Shown piece by piece: positions 9,986-17,581 of a DNA stretch of 41,377 nucleotides. Location: NCBI GenBank assembly GCA_030648835.1, contig JAUSGT010000002.1:266081-307457 (forward strand). The letters are read 5' to 3'. Position numbers and translations under genes: made by a program. The number at the start of each line of letters is the position of its first letter. Positions within the stretch are counted from its first letter, which is position 1. This DNA is from Candidatus Moraniibacteriota bacterium (GTDB lineage: Bacteria; Patescibacteriota; Minisyncoccia; Moranbacterales; UBA1568). A model generated the notes under the pieces. That model was not told where the DNA came from. It searched no databases and was given only the letters and a program-made list of their open reading frames with translations.

Positions 9986-10894
9986 CTACCGTATGTGGAT
10001 TCCTACGGCGCGGTTTTTCCCCGCAAGATCCTTATGTATTCTCATTTCTTCCTTCGGGAAAAGAGACGTGGCAAAATTCTGTAGGAGAAACCCTTGCTCA
10101 GGGCTTATTTCCAGAAAGAGGCTTATAGATTGTTTTTTTTCGTGAAGACTTTTTACGCTTTTGAGCAAGCGGTAATAGTGACCGAGCCCTTCTTGATCGC
10201 TGACGAGGGCGCTTCGCGGCTCGAATTTTTTCACTCCGTCGTCGGAAGTCCGGTAGATTTCTTCCGAAAGATAGGGGAGGTTGGCTGTGATGATAATTTC
10301 ATCCGCTGAAAAGATTTTTTTTTCGAGTTGGCCGAGAAGATTGCCTTTATGAAATTTAATGAGATTATCGACACAATACTGTTTCGCATTCTGTTTCGCG
10401 ACCGAAAGTGCTGCTGCAGAGATATCTGTAGCGAAGAAATTGATTTTAGATTTTAGATTTTTGATTTTAGGAAGGAGAGACTTCACGAGACTTATGACAA
10501 TATTCCCACTCCCCGTGCCGACGTCGACAAGGGTGACGGTATTTTTTTCTTGAGCCGAGATTCCAGATTCAAAATTCAAGATTCTATCAAGAGCGAGTTC
10601 TACGAGTAATTCCGTTTCCGGGCGAGGGATAAGCGTGTCTCTGGTAACTCGGAAAGTATACCCGTAGAATTCTTTGTGGCCGACAATAGAGGCTACCGAT
10701 TCATGCTTGAGACGACGGCGAAAGAAATCTCTGACCAAGGTTTCGTCTTTTGCGTCCAAGCTGTATTCCGAGTGAGCCAAAAGGAAAATTTTTTCTTTTT
10801 GTGTCGCATGGGACAGAAGAATGAAAAAGTCTTCCGGCGCAATATGTTTTTCGTTTGAGGTAAGAAATTCTTGTTGTAGTTCTGCAATAGTCAT
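9986..10894 (-). CDS. prmC: release factor glutamine methyltransferase
   Basis: LIPRPETE, DVGTGSG, ANLPY and EP..AL motifs; downstream of prfA; likely start MTIAEL at 10894. Confidence 0.92.
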   Translation of the reverse strand: MTIAELQQEFLTSNEKHIAPEDFFILLSHATQKEKIFLLAHSEYSLDAKDETLVRDFFRRRLKHESVASIVGHKEFYGYTFRVTRDTLIPRPETELLVELALDRILNFESGISAQEKNTVTLVDVGTGSGNIVISLVKSLLPKIKNLKSKINFFATDISAAALSVAKQNAKQYCVDNLIKFHKGNLLGQLEKKIFSADEIIITANLPYLSEEIYRTSDDGVKKFEPRSALVSDQEGLGHYYRLLKSVKSLHEKKQSISLFLEISPEQGFLLQNFATSLFPKEEMRIHKDLAGKNRAVGIHIR

Positions 10895-10902
10895 ATAATA
10901 TG

Positions 10903-11045
10903 TGTCTTTCACAAGCAACCTCCCCGGAGGTCGTTCGTCCACCCAGCGGCGGACTTCTCTTATGAGATTTTTTTGATCCGCCGAAAACGGCGGCACCATG
11001 CTCAAAAAAAGCTCAACTCCTCCGGCAAGATTCTTGTAAAAGACA
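10903..11045 (-). other. branched stem-loop element in the prfA-prmC spacer
   Basis: About 27-bp imperfect terminal inverted repeat with G-U pairs on the minus strand, enclosing two GC-rich hairpins. Confidence 0.5.
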
Positions 11046-11071
11046 TCCCTAAAAAATTTTCTAAGGATCGT

Positions 11072-12154
11072 TTATTGTCCTTGTTTTTCCAATTTGCGGT
11101 GAATGTCTTCTTCTTCAAGTGCGGCAATGATCGGTTCGAGGGAGCCGCCCAGGATTTGCAGGATATTGCTCCAGGACATCTTGATTCGGTGGTCAGTGAT
11201 ACGATCTTGGGGATAATTGTAGGTGCGGATTTTCTCACTGCGGTCACCGGTACCGATCTGGCTACGGCGGGCATCACCTTGTTCTTTGGCGCGTTTTTCT
11301 TCTCCCAACTGGAAGAGGCGTGAACGGAGCACCTTCAGGGCTTTCTCTTTGTTTTTGATCTGAGACTTTTCGTCTTGGCAGCTGACGACGAGACCGCTCG
11401 GCATATGTGTGATACGGACCGCGCTGTAGGTGGTGTTGACGGATTGCCCGCCGGGGCCGGAAGAGCAGAAAGTGTCGATACGCAAATCAGTCGGATTGAT
11501 AGTCACTTCCACATCTTCGACTTGTGGTAAGACGGCTACAGTGGCGGTAGAGGTGTGAATGCGACCGGATTTTTCGGTCTCCGGAACACGTTGGACACGA
11601 TGGACACCGGATTCATATTTCATTTTTTGGTAGACAGGCAATGGACTCCTGCCGCGGTTCATTTCAAAAACTGCTTCTTTGAAACCGCCGACTTCCGTCT
11701 GGTTCGAATGAAGCATGACGATGTGCCAACCTTGTTTTTCGGCGTAGTGCGAGTACATGCGGAATAACTCCGTAGCAAAGAGACTGGATTCATCGCCTCC
11801 GGCACCACCGCGGATCTCGACGATGACATCTTTCACGTCGGAAGGATCTTTGGGCAAGAGAAGCTGTTTGAGTTTCTCTTCAAGTTGGGTTTTTTCCGAA
11901 GCCAAAGCAAGATTTTCCTCCATTGCCATATTTTTCAATTCCCCGCTCTCTTCGTTTTGGGTCAGTTCGGCGTTGTCGCGCATGCTTTTTTCGACAGCCT
12001 TCAACCGCTCGATGTATTCCATAGTGGAATCAAGCTCATTTTTTCGTTTGCCCAGGGTGGCTAATTTTTTGGAATCGCGCGCGGTTTCGGGAAGGCTCAA
12101 GAGCGCCGTGATTTCTTGGTGTTCGCGTTCGATTTCTTCGAGAAGATTTTGCAT
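11072..12154 (-). CDS. prfA: peptide chain release factor 1
   Basis: GGQ motif (GPGGQSVN), [10 protein letters not shown] (PxT), RTYNYPQ; start MQNLL. Confidence 0.97.
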   Translation of the reverse strand: MQNLLEEIEREHQEITALLSLPETARDSKKLATLGKRKNELDSTMEYIERLKAVEKSMRDNAELTQNEESGELKNMAMEENLALASEKTQLEEKLKQLLLPKDPSDVKDVIVEIRGGAGGDESSLFATELFRMYSHYAEKQGWHIVMLHSNQTEVGGFKEAVFEMNRGRSPLPVYQKMKYESGVHRVQRVPETEKSGRIHTSTATVAVLPQVEDVEVTINPTDLRIDTFCSSGPGGQSVNTTYSAVRITHMPSGLVVSCQDEKSQIKNKEKALKVLRSRLFQLGEEKRAKEQGDARRSQIGTGDRSEKIRTYNYPQDRITDHRIKMSWSNILQILGGSLEPIIAALEEEDIHRKLEKQGQ

Positions 12155-12302
12155 AGCAGGTACATTCAAAGGCTTACAGTTAAAGGATCCTTGCGTACAG
12201 TATATCACTGTAAAACAAAAATCCCGGTCAAAGTGACGGGATTGCGGATTCTTTGCAGAAAGGGAACTCTCAAAAGGATCAAAGAAAACGCTTTGAACAA
12301 AG

Positions 12303-12605
12303 CTAAGCTACCGGTTTGGTTGTTTTCTTTCCTTTCGTGACTGCCGGTGTTTCGACTGCGACTTTGGCTTTGGTAGCTTTGAGGCGGGCCGCTTGTTTGG
12401 CTTCGGATTTGAGGGAGAGTTTTTTGAAACGATCCACTCGGCCGGTAGCATCGATGAATTTCTTCTTGCCGGTATAGAATGGATGGCACTGGGAACAGAT
12501 TTCCGTCTTCATCGTTTCAACGGTTGAGCCAGCATGAAGTACGGCACCGCAAGCGCAGGTGATAGTGGCTTCTTTAAAATAGGTTGGGTGAATGCCTGGT
12601 TTCAT
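12303..12605 (-). CDS. rpmE: 50S ribosomal protein L31 (Zn-binding type) with basic C-terminal tail
   Basis: [27 protein letters not shown]. Confidence 0.96.
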   Translation of the reverse strand: MKPGIHPTYFKEATITCACGAVLHAGSTVETMKTEICSQCHPFYTGKKKFIDATGRVDRFKKLSLKSEAKQAARLKATKAKVAVETPAVTKGKKTTKPVA

Positions 12606-12935
12606 AGCGTTTTGACAGGAATTACGATAAAAATACGCATAAGAAACTTTAGCATAGCTTTCCAAAATTGACAACCCCCGCCCGTATCAAAATAGAGGCT
12701 TGCCAGATTGTATATGTTCTGCTACGCTTATGACTGTATTTTCCTGGCCATCTCTTCTTGTGAGAAATGGCAGAAGATCAGACATACTTTCCCGATGGGT
12801 CCGTTCCTGGCCTGCGCTTGCAGTGCTTTCAGGGCTCGTATAAGGGGAGGTAGGTGGCCCTCTATGGGCAAGTTTGCCAGAGGCGGGTGAAAACCCTCCG
12901 AAGGCGGGCAAGTAATTCAATAAGGAAGTAACAAT

Positions 12936-13799
12936 ATGTCGGAAACGACTGTGACTATCGACGTCGCCGAAGCCAAACCATTGGTTCTGGTCACGGAAAC
13001 GGGCGAAAACTTTTTTGCTACGTTTGATTTTGCGAAACTTGATATCAGTCTCGAGGGGTTGCTCAAAGCGGGCGTCCATTTTGGGCACTTGAAATCTCGG
13101 CGTCATCCGAAGATGGATGAGTATATCTATACGACTCGCAAAAATATCAATATCGTGGATTTGCAGAAGACATCGGAGAAGTTGGCGGTTGCCGCGAAGT
13201 TTCTCTCCGAAGTAATCAGGAGCGGCAAGCCGGTTCTTTTTGTCGGTATGAAAAAACAGACGCAGGATACGGTGAAGTCGCTGGCGCTTCGTTTGGGCGA
13301 ATCGTATGTGATTGATCGCTGGCTTGGCGGGACACTTACGAACTTTTCTTGTATCCGTTCTCGAGCGAAGTATTTGAATGAAACGCATGAAAAGATCGAG
13401 CAGGGAGAATTCAAAAAATATACCAAATTTGAACAAGCCAAGAAGAGCGAAGAGGTAGAGAAGTTGGAGAGAAAAGTGGGTGGCATCAAACATATGGAAC
13501 AACTGCCCGGTGCTATCGTCATCGCGGATGTCAAAGAGGCCGGACTGGTTACCAGTGAAGCGAGAAAAATGCATATTCCGATCATCGGCATCACGGATAC
13601 GAACACCGACCCGAGTTTCGTCGATTATCCGGTGCCGGGAAACGATGATGCGCTGTCATCTTTGCGGCTCCTTCTGGGGGCTCTCGGAAAAACGATTCTT
13701 GAAACAAAAGAGAAAGTGGTAGCCGATAAAGCTGCCGCCAAAGAAGCGATCAAAGAAGTCCCGAAGGAAACAGCAAAAGAGACACCACAAACCGTCTAA
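12936..13799 (+). CDS. rpsB: 30S ribosomal protein S2
   Basis: AGVHFGH, RWLGGTLTNF, DTNTDP, PGNDD. Confidence 0.97.
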   Translation: MSETTVTIDVAEAKPLVLVTETGENFFATFDFAKLDISLEGLLKAGVHFGHLKSRRHPKMDEYIYTTRKNINIVDLQKTSEKLAVAAKFLSEVIRSGKPVLFVGMKKQTQDTVKSLALRLGESYVIDRWLGGTLTNFSCIRSRAKYLNETHEKIEQGEFKKYTKFEQAKKSEEVEKLERKVGGIKHMEQLPGAIVIADVKEAGLVTSEARKMHIPIIGITDTNTDPSFVDYPVPGNDDALSSLRLLLGALGKTILETKEKVVADKAAAKEAIKEVPKETAKETPQTV

Positions 13800-13941
13800 G
13801 AAAAGAAAAATATGCCCAGCAGTAGAACTTCGACCGGCATTAAGAGAATTTTGATAAGTTGGCAAAATGTAAATAAAAAATATTAATTTGAATCTTCTGC
13901 AGTTGGAATAAAGGAAAACTGTCGAAGTTTCACTACCGGGT

Positions 13942-14526
13942 ATGAGTTCAATGGAACAAGTCAAGGCACTCAGGGAAAAAAGCGGTGCCGGTATCGTCGA
14001 CGTGAAGAAAGCGCTCGATGAAGCAGGGGGAGATGAGGTCAAGGCGATGGAGATTCTTCGCAAACGTGGACAGGACAAGGCAAAAAAGAGGAGTGAGCGC
14101 GAGGCGCATGAGGGTATCGTGGCTGTCTACGTGCATTCCAACAATCATATCGGCGTTTTGGTAAAGCTTTTCTGTGAGACGGATTTTGTGGCTCGCAATG
14201 AAGAATTCCGTGAACTTGGCCGCGATATCGCGATGCACATTGCCGCGTCCCAACCGCTCTATATGAAACCCGAAGAGGTGCCGGAGGAATTAGTGGAAAA
14301 AGAAAAAGAAATTTGGCACGCGCAGCTTGCCAAGGAGAATAAGTCGAAAGAAATAATGGAAAGAATTATTGCGGGTAAAGAGGAAAAATTCCGCAATGAA
14401 AATTCCCTTCTTACGCAAGTTTTTGTCAAAGACCCCAGCAAGACCGTCGGGGAACTGTTGACGGAAAAAATCCATAAGATTGGAGAAAATATTCAAGTGG
14501 GTGGTTTTGTCCGTTACGAAATGTAG
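13942..14526 (+). CDS. tsf: elongation factor Ts (short form)
   Basis: VKALREKSGAG, CETDFVA, AMHIAA; follows rpsB. Confidence 0.96.
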   Translation: MSSMEQVKALREKSGAGIVDVKKALDEAGGDEVKAMEILRKRGQDKAKKRSEREAHEGIVAVYVHSNNHIGVLVKLFCETDFVARNEEFRELGRDIAMHIAASQPLYMKPEEVPEELVEKEKEIWHAQLAKENKSKEIMERIIAGKEEKFRNENSLLTQVFVKDPSKTVGELLTEKIHKIGENIQVGGFVRYEM

Positions 14527-14579
14527 AGAAAAACTTCTTCTCGTCTTCTGTAAGTATTGAACTTTCCTCTCGATAGTAT

Positions 14580-15413
14580 ATGTGGTATCTCATTATTCCG
14601 CCGATTATCGTTGTTGTCAGTCTGTCATTTGTCTTATGGTACCTGTCGCGAAGAGGATCTGACCCACTTATTGCCGAGAAGGCTTCCCGGTTGATAGGAG
14701 AAGCACAGGAACAAATATCTTTTTTGCGTACCAAAAACTTTTTTCTCCGCATTCTCGAAAAAACGGCCTATCGTTTCAAAGTGGTATCGCTTCGGATACA
14801 CAACGGTTTCAGTGATTTGACACAGACGCTCAAAGCCCGGCGCCGGCGTTTTCAGGATAGGGTGATCGAGAAAGAAGCTTTAAAGGAACCAAAAGCACCG
14901 AAGCAGGAGAAGTCTCTTTCACGCGAAAGCTTCATTAATCGTTTTTCGAAGCGGATTGAACACGCGGTGGGTATCGGGAAACCGGAAAGTAAGCTCCCGG
15001 ACCCAGAGCGGTCTGCCCCGGCGGAGGCTGTTTCGGAAAATGTCGTTTTTTATCAACCGGATCCGGTGGAAACTCTTGAGAGAGATCAGCCTCCTCGCGT
15101 TTCTTATGAACCGGTTGTTGTACCGCCTCTCCCTTCTATCCGTCCGATGGTAAGCGAGACGATAGTTCGCCCGGAAGTTGTCCACGAAAGAACACCGGCG
15201 GACATTTCTCGTGAAGAAGACCTGATCGCGCGTATCGCTTTCAACCCCAAAGACTTCGTAGCGTATGAAGGATTGGGGGATTACTATCTCGAAATCGGCA
15301 ATGTCAAAGATGCCAAAGAATGCTATCGTCAGGTACTCAAACTGAGTCCGGTACACCGGATAGTGAGAATCAAAATCCGCCGTCTGGAAAAAATTCTTTC
15401 CGAAAAAGCGTAG
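14580..15413 (+). CDS. membrane-anchored protein with C-terminal TPR
   Basis: N-terminal TM helix; AYEGLGDYYLEIGNVKDAKECYRQVLKLSP is a TPR. Confidence 0.75.
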   Translation: MWYLIIPPIIVVVSLSFVLWYLSRRGSDPLIAEKASRLIGEAQEQISFLRTKNFFLRILEKTAYRFKVVSLRIHNGFSDLTQTLKARRRRFQDRVIEKEALKEPKAPKQEKSLSRESFINRFSKRIEHAVGIGKPESKLPDPERSAPAEAVSENVVFYQPDPVETLERDQPPRVSYEPVVVPPLPSIRPMVSETIVRPEVVHERTPADISREEDLIARIAFNPKDFVAYEGLGDYYLEIGNVKDAKECYRQVLKLSPVHRIVRIKIRRLEKILSEKA

Positions 15414-15428
15414 TGCCTTGAGAGCGTT

Positions 15429-15479
15429 GCCATCTTAGCTTCCGCCCAAGGCGGACCAGCCTTGGGCTGGCAGTTGGTA
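15429..15479 (+). pseudogene. 5' fragment of tRNA-Thr(TGT) interrupted by a 30-bp palindromic insertion
   Basis: gccatcttagct + [30 nt] + cagttggta equals the first 21 nt of the tRNA at 15529. Confidence 0.75.
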
Positions 15480-15528
15480 AGGAGGGAGGGCTTGGCTATT
15501 AAAAACAAAAGAAGTAAAGTGGGGGAAA

Positions 15529-15601
15529 GCCATCTTAGCTCAGTTGGTAGAGCAACGGTTTTGTAAACCGTGGGTCGTCGGTTCGAGTCCGACAGATGGC
15601 T
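15529..15601 (+). tRNA. tRNA-Thr(TGT)
   Basis: Cloverleaf: gccatct/agatggc acceptor, acggt-tTGTaa anticodon arm, GTTCGAGTC T arm. Confidence 0.96.
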
Positions 15602-15661
15602 CAAGTTTGTACTTTGATAAGTTATATAGTATAATACAAGTGACTATACGCCACTAGTATT

Positions 15662-16270
15662 ATGCCACGTAAAAAAATCACTTCTGGAGAAGAGCGTCTC
15701 GTAAGAGATCTTTATTTGAAAGACTTTACTGGACAGGAAGTTGCTACACAACTCAAGGTTTCTCTGAAACAAGTATACGATTCGTTACGTCGCCAAAATA
15801 TCCCTCGGAAAAGTCTACTTGAGCAAAACAGGTTACGGTTTCAAAAAAAGCCTCTCTCTTTTGTGTTTAGTGAAAAATTGTCATCAAAAGATAGAGAGTT
15901 GCTTGTAGCTGGGCTTATGCTCTATTATGGTGATGGGGCAAAGACAGGGAATACTGTTGACTTTGCCAACTCCGATCCAATGCTTCTTAAATTATTTCTC
16001 AAGTTTCTGAAAAATATTTGCGGTATTGATAATGAGAAGCTGCGGTTTTATCTATACTGCTTCTCTGATCAAAATAGTAATTCACTTATTCGTTATTGGT
16101 GCTCTCATTTGAGCGTTAAGCCGGGGCAATTCACAAAGCCCTATGTCCGCTTGACTCTCAATAAGGGTAAACGAACAATGACAAACGGAGTATTACATAT
16201 TCGTTATAGTGATAAGCGTTTGCTTGAAAAGATATTATTGCTCGGTCGTGAGTGGGCGAGTACTTTGTAA
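15662..16270 (+). CDS. free-standing HTH + LAGLIDADG-like endonuclease
   Basis: N-terminal HTH (GQEVATQLKVSLKQVYDSL), LAGLIDADG-like helix AGLMLYYGDG, FANSD..LLKLFLKFL; AT-richer than the flanks. Confidence 0.65.
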   Translation: MPRKKITSGEERLVRDLYLKDFTGQEVATQLKVSLKQVYDSLRRQNIPRKSLLEQNRLRFQKKPLSFVFSEKLSSKDRELLVAGLMLYYGDGAKTGNTVDFANSDPMLLKLFLKFLKNICGIDNEKLRFYLYCFSDQNSNSLIRYWCSHLSVKPGQFTKPYVRLTLNKGKRTMTNGVLHIRYSDKRLLEKILLLGREWASTL

Positions 16271-16274
16271 ATAT

Positions 16275-16558
16275 GGGTAGGTGGCGGAGTGGTCAATCGC
16301 AGCAGACTGTAAGATATTGCAGCTCTGAAAGGGGACTTTCAGATGAACTTTCTGGGATAACGGTGGAGGCTACGTTCTTATAAAAAAAGAATATGCGAAT
16401 ACCGTGGGAACCTCGATATCGTGTCGGGGAGCGCCGTAGAGACTAGATACCAGAGCACCTAGAACAGGTGAAGATATAGTCCATGCCGAAGAGAAATCCT
16501 CGGGTTATATGAAATCTGTCGCCTTCGGGCTTCGGGGGTTCGAATCCCTCCCTACCCA
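16275..16558 (+). tRNA. tRNA-Tyr(GTA), exons 16275-16310 and 16512-16558
   Basis: Joined exons give gggtagg/cctaccc acceptor, gcaga-ctGTAaa-tctgt anticodon arm, long variable arm and GGTTCGAATCC. Confidence 0.93.
16311..16511 (+). mobile_element. group I intron (201 nt, ORF-less) in the tRNA-Tyr anticodon
   Basis: 5' exon ends in U, which pairs with G in P1 (ctgtaa/ttgcag). Terminal G. R element agagacta and S element aagatatagtcc form P7. Confidence 0.93.
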
Positions 16559-16734
16559 CTAAATCAATAAAACGGGTCTTTATGGTCCGTTTTATTTATT
16601 TTGGTAGAGTAAGGATAGGGATTCGAAGGGTATTCTAAAAAGCAAACTGCTTTGCTTTTTAGAAACCCAGGCTCTGGAGGAGTCGCGGAGCCTCCGGCGA
16701 AGCGATGGGGGAGGAGGAATCCCTCCCTACCCAC
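16542..16734. repeat. 18-bp direct repeat of the tRNA-Tyr 3' end with an internal inverted copy
   Basis: gaatccctccctacccac at 16542 and 16717; agggattcgaa at 16617-16627 is inverted. Confidence 0.8.
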
Positions 16735-16784
16735 ATAATCTAAAACAACTCCCAACATAGGAGTTGTTTTAGTTTCTATAGACG

Positions 16785-16856
16785 TAGCCCCAAGGGGAAT
16801 CGGACCCCTGTTACCAGGATGAGAACCTGGTGTCCTAACCATTAGACGATGGGGCC
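16785..16856 (-). tRNA. tRNA-Glu(CTC)
   Basis: ggcccca/tggggct acceptor, ccagg-ttCTCat-cctgg anticodon arm; T-loop reads TCCGATT. Confidence 0.9.
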
Positions 16857-16862
16857 CTTCAG

Positions 16863-16933
16863 CAGGGGCGGTAGGAATCGAACCTACACAAACGGTTTTG
16901 GAGACCGTTGTACTACCACTATACGACGCCCCC
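16863..16933 (-). tRNA. tRNA-Trp(CCA)
   Basis: acggt-ctCCAaa-accgt anticodon arm; GGTTCGATTCC. Confidence 0.95.
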
Positions 16934-16998
16934 ATCTATCTCTCTAGTATATAATATTGTATCAAGTAAACCAAAACCCGCCAGTTGGCGGGAAGGAT

Positions 16999-17160
16999 CT
17001 ACTTGCTCTCGGTATGGGTCGCGTTCTTCTTGCAGAAGCGACAGTATTTACTCAGCGCAAGCTTCTCTTTCACCTTTTTCTTGTTACGCTTCGTGTAATG
17101 TGTGATACGGCTACACAGAGAACATTTCAGTTTTACCATGGTATCTTTAATTTGTCCCAT
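16999..17160 (-). CDS. rpmG: 50S ribosomal protein L33
   Basis: Manual translation MGQIKDTMVKLKCSLCSRITHYTKRNKKKVKEKLALSKYCRFCKKNATHTESK; two CxxC; not in the ORF track. Confidence 0.93.
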   Translation of the reverse strand: MGQIKDTMVKLKCSLCSRITHYTKRNKKKVKEKLALSKYCRFCKKNATHTESK

Positions 17161-17265
17161 ATCATTTTCAATAATTCATCCGTTTAAAAAGCTTTTTTAC
17201 TCTACTGGAAAATATCCCGAACGTCAACCCTCCCCCATCAAAGCTTCGAATAGTCGGACATCCTG

Positions 17266-17338
<73 letters not shown>

Positions 17339-17581
17339 TTGTCTCAAAAATATAGACCTCAACTATTTGCTGAGGCTCTTCTCATTCTAACGGTTTTTCA
17401 GAAAAAGTCCAGAAAGTATGAGCACTATTTCCATTGAGGTCGGTTTTTGACAAGGAACTTCGTTTTTTGCTATCTTGCCTAGTCAAGCCAATGAGAAAAA
17501 ATGTGGCTTGTAGGTTTTATTGGGTTTTTTAATAACTTGCTGCGAAGGAGATATATCTTGCGTAAAGATCCGGAAAAGAAT

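Noticed and set aside
10895-11005. N-terminal extension of PrmC in the ORF track
   Set aside because: It runs through the intergenic stem-loop; MTIAEL at 10894 is a more typical start.
12687-13574. 295-aa minus-strand ORF
   Set aside because: Antisense shadow of rpsB.
16542-16734. Prophage or island attL/attR at tRNA-Tyr
   Set aside because: The repeats are only 175 bp apart with no integrase or cargo; kept as a small element instead.
16863-16933. Alternative genetic code (UGA recoding as in Gracilibacteria/SR1)
   Set aside because: TGA terminates genes at expected lengths here (rmuC, purD, pyrF, pyrE); standard code 11 fits.
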